A DNA stretch of 64,000 nt, from the NCBI GenBank assembly GCA_040902005.1, contig JBBDYA010000114.1, forward strand, positions 1 to 64,000, in the 5' to 3' direction. This document shows positions 1 to 9,476 of the stretch, in pieces. The DNA is from Gemmatimonadaceae bacterium. GTDB lineage: Bacteria; Gemmatimonadota; Gemmatimonadetes; Gemmatimonadales; Gemmatimonadaceae. The notes beneath the pieces were generated by a model. That model had not been told where the DNA came from, did no database searches, and saw only the letters and a program-made list of their open reading frames with translations. Position numbers and translations under genes: made by a program. Numbering within the stretch: the stretch's first letter is position 1; each line of letters opens with the position of its first letter.

Positions 1-378
1 GGCCGGTGGGCGTCCGCGCCGCGGTCGCGCGACGGACTCCGCCGCCTCGATGAGGCGTTCGCGCAGGCGGGCCTCAATGGCCTGCACCGGCAGCTCGAGG
101 ACCACTCCGGACACCGTTTCGACGCGCATCGCGTGCTCCGAGCGCGTTTCGATGGCCACGGCGGCGAGCGCCACTGCGCGGTGCACGGGCAGTCCCAATT
201 CCGTGGCGAGCATGCGGGTCACCTCGACGGCAAGGAGCCCATCCTGGGTGATCCGACGGTCGACACCCTGGCGCCCGCCGCTGACGCCCGGAATCCGGTG
301 GTGAGAGAGCAGATTGTCGATCCACTTGTGTGGCGCACCGACCGTAAGTGCTACAGTCTTCACGTCATAGGAGCGCAC
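1..378 (-). CDS. Putative HTH (MerR-like) DNA-binding protein with AT-hook-like tail, 3' truncated by window edge
   Basis: Not in ORF track because no stop lies in the window. GTG at 378 opens MRSYDVKTVALTVGAPHKWIDNLLSHHRIPGVSGGRQGVDRRITQDGLL...ARPRRGRPPA. Open frame of 126 codons; PRRGRPP resembles an AT-hook. Confidence 0.7.
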   Translation of the reverse strand, partial: MRSYDVKTVALTVGAPHKWIDNLLSHHRIPGVSGGRQGVDRRITQDGLLAVEVTRMLATELGLPVHRAVALAAVAIETRSEHAMRVETVSGVVLELPVQAIEARLRERLIEAAESVARPRRGRPPA

Positions 379-385
379 TATTAAT

Positions 386-456
386 ATCCTATAAAACTAG
401 GACAACCAATCACAGCTCCGATGGCTGTGGCTCTTGTAATCCTATTACCATAGGAT
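386..456. promoter_or_regulatory. Pair of palindromic operator-like sites ATCCTAT-N4-ATAGGAT in a divergent promoter
   Basis: Perfect ATCCTAT-TACC-ATAGGAT at 439-456; imperfect ATCCTAT-AAAA-CTAGGAC at 386-403; AT-rich intergenic region. Confidence 0.65.
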
Positions 457-596
457 AATAAGTGCAACGCCTCTCACACGGCATCGCGCCGGTGTCGCTC
501 GGCGCCGCGTTGCCAAACCAGGCCAGACTGGTCCTTGTTCGACATGCACTCGAGCACTATGTGCTCATTCGGAAAAATCCTTTCGGAGGCAACACC

Positions 597-1115
597 ATGC
601 GTCTGATTTCCCCCGCAGTCCTTGCAACGGCGGCGGTTCTCTTCGCCGCGCCACTTCAGGCCCAGATGTCATTCGGAGCTTCGCTTGGCGCCGCAGTGCC
701 CGTCGGCAGCAGCGCCGAGGGCCTGGACATCGGTTACAACGTGACCGCGCACCTCGGGATCAAACCGCCGATCGCACCACTCGGGCTGCGCATCGACGGC
801 ATGTTCAACTCCTTCGGATTCGACCCCGACGGCACGCTTAGCGTGATCGCGGGCACGGTGAACGCCACGCTTTCCGGCGTGGGCATGCCGATTCCGATGG
901 GCTACCTCATTGGCGGGCTCGGGTTGTACCGCTCGAAGGCCAGCGTCCCCGGGTTTAGCGCCGAGCCGAACAGTGACCTCGGCTTCAACATCGGCGCGGG
1001 ACTCAATTTCCCGCTCACCGGGTTCAGCACCTTTCTTGAAGCGCGCTTCCACTACGTGACTGGCGAGGTCGAATCCTTCAAGTTCATCCCGATTACGTTC
1101 GGCATGCGCTTCTAG
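597..1115 (+). CDS. Outer-membrane beta-barrel protein (OmpA/OmpW-like)
   Basis: GGAGG RBS, signal peptide ending LQA-Q, amphipathic beta strands, C-terminal Phe (FGMRF). Confidence 0.85.
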   Translation: MRLISPAVLATAAVLFAAPLQAQMSFGASLGAAVPVGSSAEGLDIGYNVTAHLGIKPPIAPLGLRIDGMFNSFGFDPDGTLSVIAGTVNATLSGVGMPIPMGYLIGGLGLYRSKASVPGFSAEPNSDLGFNIGAGLNFPLTGFSTFLEARFHYVTGEVESFKFIPITFGMRF

Positions 1116-1146
1116 GGGTCGCCCCCAAGCGGGCTGAAACTTGACG

Positions 1147-1186
1147 GGACGCACCTACGAACGTATTTGTAGGTGCGTCCTTTTTT
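1147..1186 (+). terminator. Rho-independent terminator
   Basis: GGACGCACCTAC-loop-GTAGGTGCGTCC 12-bp stem followed by TTTTTT. Confidence 0.8.
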
Positions 1187-1216
1187 GTATACAATCTTCC
1201 GGATCGGGATTCCGTC

Positions 1217-1954
1217 ATGCGTCACCCCCGCCCGCTCGCCATCGTCGCGACTGCCTGCGTCATGTCCGCAGGCGCCGCCCTCCCCGTTTCCGCGCAGTTC
1301 TTCCACTCCGAGCCGGTGCGCACGGCGAGTGGCGGTGCTCTGCACATCGACTTCGGCGCGCGATACGCGCAGCCCGTGGGCGACTTCCGTTCTCACGTGA
1401 ACGCGGCCTGGGGCGTGGGCGGCACGGTCCGCCACCCGCTCGGACGCCTCCGCGCGCTGGGAATACGCGGGGACTTCGCGATCCTGAACTACGGCATGGA
1501 GCGAAAGCGGGTGCCCCTCAGCTCCACGGTGAATCGCGTTCTCGTGGACATGCGCACCTCGAACAACATCGTGGTGGTGAGCGGCGGGCCGGAGCTGGCT
1601 GTGCCACGCGGGCCCATCCGGCCATACGTCTTTGGCTTCGTGGGCTATTCGTACTTCTACACGCGGTCGTCCGTGGGCGACGACGACAACAACGGCAGCT
1701 TTGCCTCCACGACCAACTTTTCCGACGGCGGACTGGCGACGGGGGCTGGCGGCGGCGTGCGCATTCCCCTCAACACGCGGCGTGTCCGCATGGCGATCGA
1801 CGGCGGCGCGCATCTCACGCGGAGCGGCACGCGGACCTATCTGCGGCGGGGCGACGTGTTGGATCAGCCCGACGGCTCGATGACGTTCAACGCGCGTACG
1901 AGCACCGCCGACTTCTGGCAGTACCATCTGGGCGTGTCGTTCTCGCCACGCTAG
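1217..1954 (+). CDS. Exported outer-membrane beta-barrel protein
   Basis: Signal peptide (VSA-Q), alternating hydrophobic strands, C-terminal YHLGVSF. Confidence 0.75.
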   Translation: MRHPRPLAIVATACVMSAGAALPVSAQFFHSEPVRTASGGALHIDFGARYAQPVGDFRSHVNAAWGVGGTVRHPLGRLRALGIRGDFAILNYGMERKRVPLSSTVNRVLVDMRTSNNIVVVSGGPELAVPRGPIRPYVFGFVGYSYFYTRSSVGDDDNNGSFASTTNFSDGGLATGAGGGVRIPLNTRRVRMAIDGGAHLTRSGTRTYLRRGDVLDQPDGSMTFNARTSTADFWQYHLGVSFSPR

Positions 1955-1963
1955 AACAGTGGA

Positions 1964-2118
1964 CTGTCATCCCGAGCCCCTCGCCACTGTCATTCCGAGC
2001 GCAGCGAGGAATCGGCAGTTGGCTCGGGGTAAACTCCGCGAGGGATCTGCAGTGCTTGATGTTTAGTCGCAGATTCCTCGTCGCTGCGCGACTCGGAATG
2101 ACATTCATCAGAGCTTCC
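1964..2118. repeat. Nested REP/REPIN-like palindromic element
   Basis: TGTCATCCCGAGC...GCGAGGGATCT and inner TGTCATTCCGAGCGCAGCGAGGAATC, with inverted copy GATTCCTCGTCGCTGCGCGACTCGGAATGACA, between convergent genes. Confidence 0.75.
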
Positions 2119-2121
2119 CGC

Positions 2122-3528
2122 CTACGAACGAATCGCCGCTCGCGCCGCCTCGAGCTGCTTTTGCACCGCCCGCGGACCCGTGCCCCCCTCGACCTCACGC
2201 TGCTCCAGGGAGTGGACCGCCCCCAGCGCGTCGAACACGTCCTTCCCGAACAGCGGGTGCGACGCCGTGAACGCGCTCAGCGGCAGCTCGTGCAGCTCGC
2301 ACCGATCCGTCTCCATCTGACGCACGAGCCCGCCGACCGCCTTGTGCGCTTCGCGAAACGTCGCGCCGCGCCGCACGAGATAATCCGCCAGATCCGTTGC
2401 CATCATTGAACTCGATATGGCGGCGCGCATGCGCGCGGGCTGGAAGGTGCACTCGGCAAGCGTGCCGCCAAACGCGGGGAGCACCAGCAGCAGGGTGTCG
2501 ACCGCGTCGAACAGCACCCGCTTGTCGTCCTGGAGGTCCTTGTTGTAGCTGGACGGCAGCCCCTTCATGGTGGCAAGCAGTGACACCAGGTCGCCGAGGA
2601 GGCGAGCGGCCGATCCGCGCGCCAGCTCCAGCGCGTCCGGATTCCGCTTTTGGGGCATCATGCTCGAGCCGGAGCTGAACGTGTCGCCAAAGGTGACGAA
2701 TCCGAACTCGCTGGAGCCGTAGATGATCAGGTCTTCCGCGAAGCGCGACAGGTGTGTGCCCGCGAGGGCCGTGGCGAACAGCAGTTCCGCCACGAAGTCC
2801 CGGTCGCTCACCGCGTCGATGGAGTTGGGGGTCACCGACTCGAATCCGAGCGTTCCCTGGAGCAGCGTTCGAGAAACCGGGTACGCGCAGCCGGCCACGG
2901 CGCCGCTGCCCAGCGGCAGCGCCGCCGAACTTCTGTACGCCGCGCGCAGCCGCTGCCGGTCGCGCTCCAGCGGCCAGAAATGCGAGAGCATCCAGTGCGC
3001 TGCCGACACCGGAATCGCGCGCTGGAGATGCGTATAGCTCGGCATCACGGCCGATTCCAGGCCGGCGGCGGTTTCCACCATCCTCTGCTGCATGCGCCGC
3101 ATGGCCGCATCCAAACGGCTGCACGCGTCCATCGCCCACATTCGCGTTGCCGTGGACACCTGATCGTTGCGGCTGCGTCCCGTGTGCAGCCGTGAGGCGA
3201 CGTCGCCGGCCTCCTCGTGCAGCAGCCGGTCGATCATCGTGTGCACGTCTTCGTCGCCAGGCGCCGGCGCTTCGCCCGCGTCCAGCCGGTGAGCTACCGC
3301 GTCGAGGCCGGCCTCGATCGCCTTGCTCTCGTCGAGCGTGAGCACGCCCGCGCCCCAGAGGGCCACCGCCCACGCCTTGGAGGCCTGGAGGTCGTAGGGC
3401 CACAGGCGAAAGTCGACGCCGATGGAGCTGTTCAGCGCATCAAACTCCGGCGCTGGGCCGGAACCGAACCGCCCCCCCCAGAGTTTGTGTCCCCGCGCGG
3501 ACGCCGCGGACAGGGCCGCCGTCGTCAC
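2122..3528 (-). CDS. argH: Argininosuccinate lyase
   Basis: [35 protein letters not shown] signature. Confidence 0.97.
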   Translation of the reverse strand: MTTAALSAASARGHKLWGGRFGSGPAPEFDALNSSIGVDFRLWPYDLQASKAWAVALWGAGVLTLDESKAIEAGLDAVAHRLDAGEAPAPGDEDVHTMIDRLLHEEAGDVASRLHTGRSRNDQVSTATRMWAMDACSRLDAAMRRMQQRMVETAAGLESAVMPSYTHLQRAIPVSAAHWMLSHFWPLERDRQRLRAAYRSSAALPLGSGAVAGCAYPVSRTLLQGTLGFESVTPNSIDAVSDRDFVAELLFATALAGTHLSRFAEDLIIYGSSEFGFVTFGDTFSSGSSMMPQKRNPDALELARGSAARLLGDLVSLLATMKGLPSSYNKDLQDDKRVLFDAVDTLLLVLPAFGGTLAECTFQPARMRAAISSSMMATDLADYLVRRGATFREAHKAVGGLVRQMETDRCELHELPLSAFTASHPLFGKDVFDALGAVHSLEQREVEGGTGPRAVQKQLEAARAAIRS

Positions 3529-4814
3529 GCGACGGCGAGCTTCGCTTCGACCTCGTCCTCGGTGACTTCCGAGGCCGCTTCCGCCGGCACCGGTCGTTCC
3601 GCGGTGCGAGCGGCCAGCTCCTGGTCCTTCAACGCACGAACACGCTGCGACAGCCCGTACAGGCGAATGAACCCGGCCGCGTCGCTCTGCTGATACACGT
3701 CGTCCTCGCCGAACGTGACGAACCGCTCGTCGTACAGCGCGTGTTCACTGGACCGTCCGCCGATCGCGACGTTCCCCTTGTAGAGCTTGAGCGATACGGA
3801 TCCCGTCACGCGCTCTTGCGTGACGTTGACGAACGCGTCGTATGCCTCACGCTCCGTGGTCCACCAGCGACCCTCGTACACGAGGTCGGCATAGCGGGGC
3901 GCCAGGAGGTCCTTGGCCGCGAGGGTGCGGCGGTCCAGCACCAGCTGCTCGAGCTCCGAGTGGGCTGCGTAGAGCAGGGAACCGCCCGGCGTCTCGTAGA
4001 CTCCGCGCGATTTCATCCCCACGAGCCGGTCTTCCACGAGGTCGATGACGCCTACACCGTTGCGCCCGCCGATCTCGTTCAGTGCCGTGAGGAGCGCGAC
4101 CGGGTCCAGCCATTCGCCATTCACGGCGACCGGCGTGCCGCGGTCGAACTCGATGGAGACCATCTCCGCGACGTCGGGCGCGGACTCCGGCGTTGCCGTG
4201 AGCATGAGCAGATCGACGGGTGGCGACGCGGACGGGTCCTCCAGCACGCCCCCCTCATGGGAGAGATGCCAGATATTGGCGTCGCGCGAATAGATCTTCT
4301 CCTTCGTGGCGGCGACCGGGATGCCGTGCGCGGCCGCGTACGCGATCGCGTCCTCGCGGCTCCTGATGTTCCACTCGCGCCAGGGCGCGATGACCGGCAG
4401 ATCCGGCGCGAAGCTGGCGTACGTGAGCTCGAAGCGCACCTGGTCGTTCCCCTTGCCGGTGCAGCCGTGCGCCAGCGCGTCGGCGCCGACCTTGCGCGCG
4501 ACTTCCACCTGCCGCTTCGCGATGAGCGGGCGCGCCATGGACGTGCCGAGCAGGTACTTCCGGTTGTAGATCGCGCCGGCGCGCAGCGTCGGGAAGATGA
4601 AGTCGCTCACGAACTCCGCGCGCAGGTCTTCGATGTAACACTCCTCCGCACCGGAGGCGAGCGCCTTCTCGCGCACACCCTTCAACTCGGCGGCACCCTG
4701 GCCGATGTCGGCCGCCACGCAGATGACGCGGGCGTCGTAGTGCTCGCGTAGCCACGGGACGATGATCGAGGTGTCGAGTCCGCCGGAGTAGGCGAGGACG
4801 ATGGTGCGGGGCAT
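3525..4814 (-). CDS. argG: Argininosuccinate synthase
   Basis: [37 protein letters not shown]. Confidence 0.98.
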   Translation of the reverse strand: MPRTIVLAYSGGLDTSIIVPWLREHYDARVICVAADIGQGAAELKGVREKALASGAEECYIEDLRAEFVSDFIFPTLRAGAIYNRKYLLGTSMARPLIAKRQVEVARKVGADALAHGCTGKGNDQVRFELTYASFAPDLPVIAPWREWNIRSREDAIAYAAAHGIPVAATKEKIYSRDANIWHLSHEGGVLEDPSASPPVDLLMLTATPESAPDVAEMVSIEFDRGTPVAVNGEWLDPVALLTALNEIGGRNGVGVIDLVEDRLVGMKSRGVYETPGGSLLYAAHSELEQLVLDRRTLAAKDLLAPRYADLVYEGRWWTTEREAYDAFVNVTQERVTGSVSLKLYKGNVAIGGRSSEHALYDERFVTFGEDDVYQQSDAAGFIRLYGLSQRVRALKDQELAARTAERPVPAEAASEVTEDEVEAKLAVA

Positions 4815-4835
4815 CGCAGGCTCCTTGAAGCGCCT

Positions 4836-4869
4836 TGGAAGATTATTCAGCGAGATGCATAAATAAGCA
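4836..4869. promoter_or_regulatory. Tandem ARG boxes upstream of argG
   Basis: TGGAAGATTATTCA (4836-4849) and TGCATAAATAAGCA (4856-4869), 6 bp apart, match TGnATAwwnATnCA. Confidence 0.75.
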
Positions 4870-4901
4870 CCCGGCCTCAGGACGTCAACCTCTCATTAGA
4901 G

Positions 4902-5360
4902 CTACCCGCCGGTGGCGAGCGCCGAGAGCCTGACCGTCACCTGCTGGCGGGCCCTGGGGGACCGGCAGATGACGAGGATAGTGTTCTCCCCCGCCACGGT
5001 GCCCAGCACCTCGCGCCAGCCCTCGGCGTCGATCGCCTCCGAGACGGGCTGGGCGCCGGAGGCGAGCGTGTGGAGCACGATCAGTTCGCCCACGCCGTCG
5101 AGGCGCGAGAACAGCTGGGGAAGGAGCGTTGCCAGGGAGGGAGCCGACTCGCTCGCGACAGTCTCGGGGAGCGCGTACCGCGCCCCGCCGTCCCCGTGCA
5201 CCCGCACGACGCCCATCTCGCGCAGATCCCGCGAGATCGTCGCCTGCGTGGCCACGATGCGCTGCCGTTCCAGCAGCCCGCGCAGCTCCTCGTGCGAGGC
5301 CACGTCGTGCGCCCCGATGAGCTGGAGGATGGCCGCCTGTCGCGTTGCCTTCTTCGTCAT
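4902..5360 (-). CDS. argR: Arginine repressor
   Basis: TQATISRDLREMG wHTH; C-terminal LGTVAGENTIL; start MTKK at 5360. Confidence 0.95.
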   Translation of the reverse strand: MTKKATRQAAILQLIGAHDVASHEELRGLLERQRIVATQATISRDLREMGVVRVHGDGGARYALPETVASESAPSLATLLPQLFSRLDGVGELIVLHTLASGAQPVSEAIDAEGWREVLGTVAGENTILVICRSPRARQQVTVRLSALATGG

Positions 5361-5399
5361 GCCCGCCTGTGGGTGAATCCCGGGTTGACCCTGAGTGAC

Positions 5400-5434
5400 T
5401 GTATTATTATACATTCCTCGTGAATAAGATACCC
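5400..5434. promoter_or_regulatory. Tandem ARG boxes in the argR/argC divergent promoter
   Basis: TGTATTATTATACA (5400-5413) and TGAATAAGATACCC (5421-5434, overlapping the argC start), 7 bp apart; TTGACC at 5385. Confidence 0.75.
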
Positions 5435-6379
5435 GTCGGTGTGCTCGGGGCCAGCGGATACGCCGGCCGCGAGTTGTGCGCCCTCGTCAATGCCCATCCC
5501 GGGCTCCGGCTGGCGTTCGCCACCGCGAACGAGCGGCGCGGTACCACCGCGCGCATCAACGGACGGGACGTCACCTACGTCGCGACGGAAGACGCACCCC
5601 TGGCGAGCGCCGAACTGGTGTTCAGCGCCCTCCCGCACGGCGCGTCGAAAGACTGGGTGGCGGCCGCCCGCGAGGTCGGGGCACGGGTTGTGGACCTGTC
5701 CAGCGACCTGCGCCCGGGCAACGGATGCGAGGGCGTGCCGTACGGGCTCACCGAGCTGGCCCGCGAGCGCGTGCGCGGCGCCGAGATCGTCGCCAACCCC
5801 GGCTGCTACCCCACGTCGGTGCTGCTTGCCCTGGCGCCCGCGATCGCCGCCGGCATCGTCGCGCCTGGCAGCGTCGTGCAGATCACTTCGGCGAGCGGCG
5901 TGAGCGGCGCGGGCAATTCGCCCAGGCGCGAGCTGCTGTTCGCCGAGGTGGCGCAGGACTTCCGCGCCTACGGCGTCGGCAACACGCACCGTCATCTGGC
6001 TGAAATGCGCGCAACCCTTGGGTTGTGGGGCGCGGACGTCGATCTTGTCTTCACGCCGCATCTTCTCCCCGTGGCCAGAGGCATCCTGTCTACGATCACC
6101 ATCGAACTGAAGGAACACCTCGCGGACCCGGCCGCCATCTGGCGCGACGCGTTCGCCAACGAGCCGTTTCTCGAGCTGGCACACGAGCCCCCTGCGCTGC
6201 GCGAGGTGGTGCATCGGAACGTGGCGCGCGTGTCGGTCACGCCCCTCCCCGCCATGCGGCGTCCCGCGCTGCTGATCCTCTCCGCGATCGACAATCTGCT
6301 GAAGGGCGCGGCCGGTCAGGCGGTGCAGAATGCGAACCTGATGCTCGGACTCGACGAAACCGAGGGGTTGCCGGCATGA
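5420..6379 (+). CDS. argC: N-acetyl-gamma-glutamyl-phosphate reductase
   Basis: GASGYAG, ANPGCYPT, SGVSGAG, DNLLKGAAGQAVQNAN. Confidence 0.97.
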   Translation: MNKIPVGVLGASGYAGRELCALVNAHPGLRLAFATANERRGTTARINGRDVTYVATEDAPLASAELVFSALPHGASKDWVAAAREVGARVVDLSSDLRPGNGCEGVPYGLTELARERVRGAEIVANPGCYPTSVLLALAPAIAAGIVAPGSVVQITSASGVSGAGNSPRRELLFAEVAQDFRAYGVGNTHRHLAEMRATLGLWGADVDLVFTPHLLPVARGILSTITIELKEHLADPAAIWRDAFANEPFLELAHEPPALREVVHRNVARVSVTPLPAMRRPALLILSAIDNLLKGAAGQAVQNANLMLGLDETEGLPA

Positions 6380-7131
6380 CGCGCGTGCTGAAGATCGGCG
6401 GGCGCCCGCTGGCGGATCCGATGCTGGCGGCCACCATCGCCGAATCCTGGGACGCCGTGCAGGGAATGATCATCGTGCACGGCGGCGGCAACGACGTCAG
6501 CGCGCTCCAGCAGAAGCTCGGCGTCGCCTCGCAGTTCGTGGACGGTCGGCGCGTGACGAGCGCGCTGGACGTGGAGCTCGTGCGGATGGCGCTCTCGGGA
6601 ACGGCGAACAAGCGCCTCGTGTCGGCGCTCGTGCGCGAGGCGGTCCGCGCGGTCGGGATCTCTGGCGAGGACGCCTCCCTGATCGCGGCGACGCCAGTGG
6701 ATGCCGCCCGGCTCGGCCATGTTGGAGCGCCGCAGAAGATCAACACCTCACTGCTGATGCACCTGATCGATGGCGGCTACCTGCCCGTGGTGTCGCCGGT
6801 GAGTCGCAACGTGGCCATCGAGCTGGGTCCCACGCTGAACGTCAACGCGGACGATGCAGCCGCGGCGATCGCGATCGCGATCGAGGCGGACGAGCTGTTG
6901 ATCGTGACCGACGTGGCCGGCGTGCTGGTGAGCGGCGAGCCGGAAGCGACGCTCACCGTCGCGGAGGCCGAGGGCCTGCTGCACGACGGCCAGGCCGCCG
7001 GCGGCATGCGGGCCAAGCTGTCCGCGGCCGTGGCCGCCCTGACGGGTGGCGTGAAGCGGGTTCGCATCGCTGACCTCATGGGCATCGCGGAGAGCGATCG
7101 CGGTACCGTGATCCTGCGCAACGCGGAGTAG
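6376..7131 (+). CDS. argB: Acetylglutamate kinase
   Basis: VLKIGG, VHGGG, LNVNAD, GGMRAK; ATGA overlap with argC. Confidence 0.93.
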   Translation: MTRVLKIGGRPLADPMLAATIAESWDAVQGMIIVHGGGNDVSALQQKLGVASQFVDGRRVTSALDVELVRMALSGTANKRLVSALVREAVRAVGISGEDASLIAATPVDAARLGHVGAPQKINTSLLMHLIDGGYLPVVSPVSRNVAIELGPTLNVNADDAAAAIAIAIEADELLIVTDVAGVLVSGEPEATLTVAEAEGLLHDGQAAGGMRAKLSAAVAALTGGVKRVRIADLMGIAESDRGTVILRNAE

Positions 7132-7132
7132 C

Positions 7133-8365
7133 ATGATGGCGGCACCGGCAATTGGAATCGGCCCGAGGGAAGTCAGCGCACCGTCGGCGGCGCCCAGCGC
7201 CGCGTCGGAATCGGCGCGGGGCGTGGTGCTCCCGACGTACAAGCGCGGGCCCGTGCAGATGGCGCGCGGCGAGGGGCTGTACCTGGTCGACACCGACGGC
7301 AACCGGTATCTCGACTTCGTGAGCGGGATCGCCGTGAACGCGCTTGGCTACGGTGACGCGGGCCTGGTGGCGACGCTGCAGGCGGCGGCCACGGAGCTCA
7401 TTCACGTCTCGAACCTGTACTGGACGGCTCCCGCGGCGCGCCTGGCGGAGGCGTTCGTGGAACGGTCGTTCGCGTCGAAGGTGTTTTTCTGCAATTCCGG
7501 CGCTGAGGCGAACGAAGGCGCGTTCAAGTTCGCGCGCCGGTGGGCGCGCACCATGGGCGAGGCCAAGCGCGACATCGTCGCGCTGCGCGGTTCGTTTCAC
7601 GGCCGCCTCTTTGCGAGCCTGGCGGCCACCGACCGCCCCGGATACCGGATGCCGTTCCGGCCGCTGGCGGGCGGGGTGAGCATCGTGGAGCGCAACATGG
7701 CCGATATCGAGCGGGCGTTGAGCGCGGATACCGCGGCGGCGTTGATCCTCGAACCGGTGCAGGGCGAGGGGGGCGTTCGAGTGCTGGACGAGGGGTTCGT
7801 GCGCGAGATCCGCGCGCTCACCCGCGAACGCCACGTGGCGCTCATCCTCGACGAGGTGCAATGCGGCCTGGGGCGCACGGGATCATTGTTCGCGTATGAG
7901 CAGCTTGGGGTGGAGCCGGACCTGCTGACGCTGGCGAAGCCGGTGGCGGCCGGGCTGCCGATGGGCGTGGTGCTGGTGAACGAGGCGATCGCCTCCGCCG
8001 TGCAGCCGGGCGATCATGGCACCACGTTCGGCGGAGGCCCGTTCGTGGCGCGCGTGGCGGAGTACGTGCTGGAGCGCTTGAGCGATCCGGCGTTGCTGTC
8101 CTCCGTGCGCGAGAACGGCATGTGGTTCGGTGCGCAACTGCGTGACCTGGCCAGCCGTACGGGACGCATTCGCGGCGTGCGCGGCATCGGTTACATGTGG
8201 GGCATCGATGTCATGGGCACCGCGGCGCACGTCGTGAGCGAGGCACAGGCGGCCGGATTGCTGGTGTGCGGCGCGGGGGAGTACACGGTTCGTCTCCTGC
8301 CGCCGTTGGTGGCCACGCGCGACGACCTTGCGCAGGGGATCGCGCTGCTGGAGCAGGTCCTGTGA
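7133..8365 (+). CDS. argD: Acetylornithine aminotransferase
   Basis: NSGAEANE, FHGR, EPVQGEGG, DEVQCGLGRTG, LAK, HGTTFGG. Confidence 0.93.
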   Translation: MMAAPAIGIGPREVSAPSAAPSAASESARGVVLPTYKRGPVQMARGEGLYLVDTDGNRYLDFVSGIAVNALGYGDAGLVATLQAAATELIHVSNLYWTAPAARLAEAFVERSFASKVFFCNSGAEANEGAFKFARRWARTMGEAKRDIVALRGSFHGRLFASLAATDRPGYRMPFRPLAGGVSIVERNMADIERALSADTAAALILEPVQGEGGVRVLDEGFVREIRALTRERHVALILDEVQCGLGRTGSLFAYEQLGVEPDLLTLAKPVAAGLPMGVVLVNEAIASAVQPGDHGTTFGGGPFVARVAEYVLERLSDPALLSSVRENGMWFGAQLRDLASRTGRIRGVRGIGYMWGIDVMGTAAHVVSEAQAAGLLVCGAGEYTVRLLPPLVATRDDLAQGIALLEQVL

Positions 8366-8859
8366 CGATCCTGATCCGGAGCGCCCGCATCGGCGAAGCG
8401 GATGCCATCGCGCGCCTCAACAACTTCTTCGCCGACCAGCACCTGATGCTGCGGCGCACGCCGGAGATGATCGCGCTCGCCGCGGACGACTACCTGGTGG
8501 CCGTGGACGAACGGGGTCGCGTCCTGGCCTGCGGTGCACTGAAGGAATACTCACCGTCGGTGGCGGAAGTGGCCGCGATCGCCGTGTCGCCCGACGCCCA
8601 GGGGCTCGGACTGGGCCGGAGCATCGTGGCCGCCGTGGAAGCGCTCGCGCAGAAGCGCGGCGTACCCGCCGTGTTTGCGCTCACCCTGGAGCCCCGCTTC
8701 TTCGAGGCCCTGGGCTACCAGCGCGTGGATCGGGCGCGCTACCCCGAGAAGATCCGCCGCGACTGCATCGGCTGCGTGCGCCGGTTCGCGTGCAACGAGA
8801 CGTGCTTCGCGAAGGCGATTGCGGACATCACACCCGATGGACGGAAAGTCGCCGCGTGA
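8362..8859 (+). CDS. argA: Short GNAT-type N-acetylglutamate synthase
   Basis: GNAT acetyl-CoA loop QGLGLG, FFEALGY, PEKIRRDCIGC...CNE; GTGA overlap with argD. Confidence 0.8.
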   Translation: MTILIRSARIGEADAIARLNNFFADQHLMLRRTPEMIALAADDYLVAVDERGRVLACGALKEYSPSVAEVAAIAVSPDAQGLGLGRSIVAAVEALAQKRGVPAVFALTLEPRFFEALGYQRVDRARYPEKIRRDCIGCVRRFACNETCFAKAIADITPDGRKVAA

Positions 8860-9439
8860 GCGGCTGCTGAGCGCGTTCGACGAACTGCGTTTCGGCCCGC
8901 GGGGCACGCTGAACCTGCGCGAGGGTCTTCCGTCGGCGAAGGACGCCACCGCTCGCGCCGAGGCATGGCTGCGGGAGCACCAGGTGCGCGGCACGAAGGA
9001 GGCCCTGATCGTCACGGGGCGCGGCAATCAGAGCGTGGACGGTGTGGGCGTGGTGCGCGGGGCGGTCGAACGGTTGTTGTTCTCGCTCCGCCGCCGCGGC
9101 GTCATCGCGTCACACCAGGAGCACAATCCCGGTGCGTTCGCGGTGCAGCTGGCGCCGATCCGGGCGCTGGTGGACGCGCCCGCGCGACGCCGCGAGCGGG
9201 GAGCCCCCCCCCCAGCGGAAGGCGGCGTCATCCCGGGAGTGTCGCCCATGGCGGAGACACTGCTGCGCGAACTCGCCGAGTGTTCGCTTTCCGCCCTCGG
9301 CGTGAAGGCGGATGCGTCGAACGTGGTCGATGAGATGCACCGGCACCTGCGCGCGATCGTTCCGGGACTGCCGGGCGGAGCGCAGATGGATGACCGGCTG
9401 TGCGACGCACTGCGCGCCGCGATCGCCGAATACGACTGA
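8837..9439 (+). CDS. Smr-domain protein
   Basis: TLNLR...ALIVTGRGNQS...NPGAFAV matches the Smr fold pattern. Confidence 0.75.
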   Translation: MDGKSPRERLLSAFDELRFGPRGTLNLREGLPSAKDATARAEAWLREHQVRGTKEALIVTGRGNQSVDGVGVVRGAVERLLFSLRRRGVIASHQEHNPGAFAVQLAPIRALVDAPARRRERGAPPPAEGGVIPGVSPMAETLLRELAECSLSALGVKADASNVVDEMHRHLRAIVPGLPGGAQMDDRLCDALRAAIAEYD

Positions 9440-9476
9440 TCGCGGCGTCCGCGACCGTCGGTTCCGAGTGCCCTGG

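Noticed and set aside
462..596. Upstream extensions of ORF-track starts (e.g. 462, 6025, 10459, 45988, 54840, 38678)
   Set aside because: They overlap neighbouring genes or regulatory DNA; downstream starts fit RBS, translational coupling and signal peptides better.
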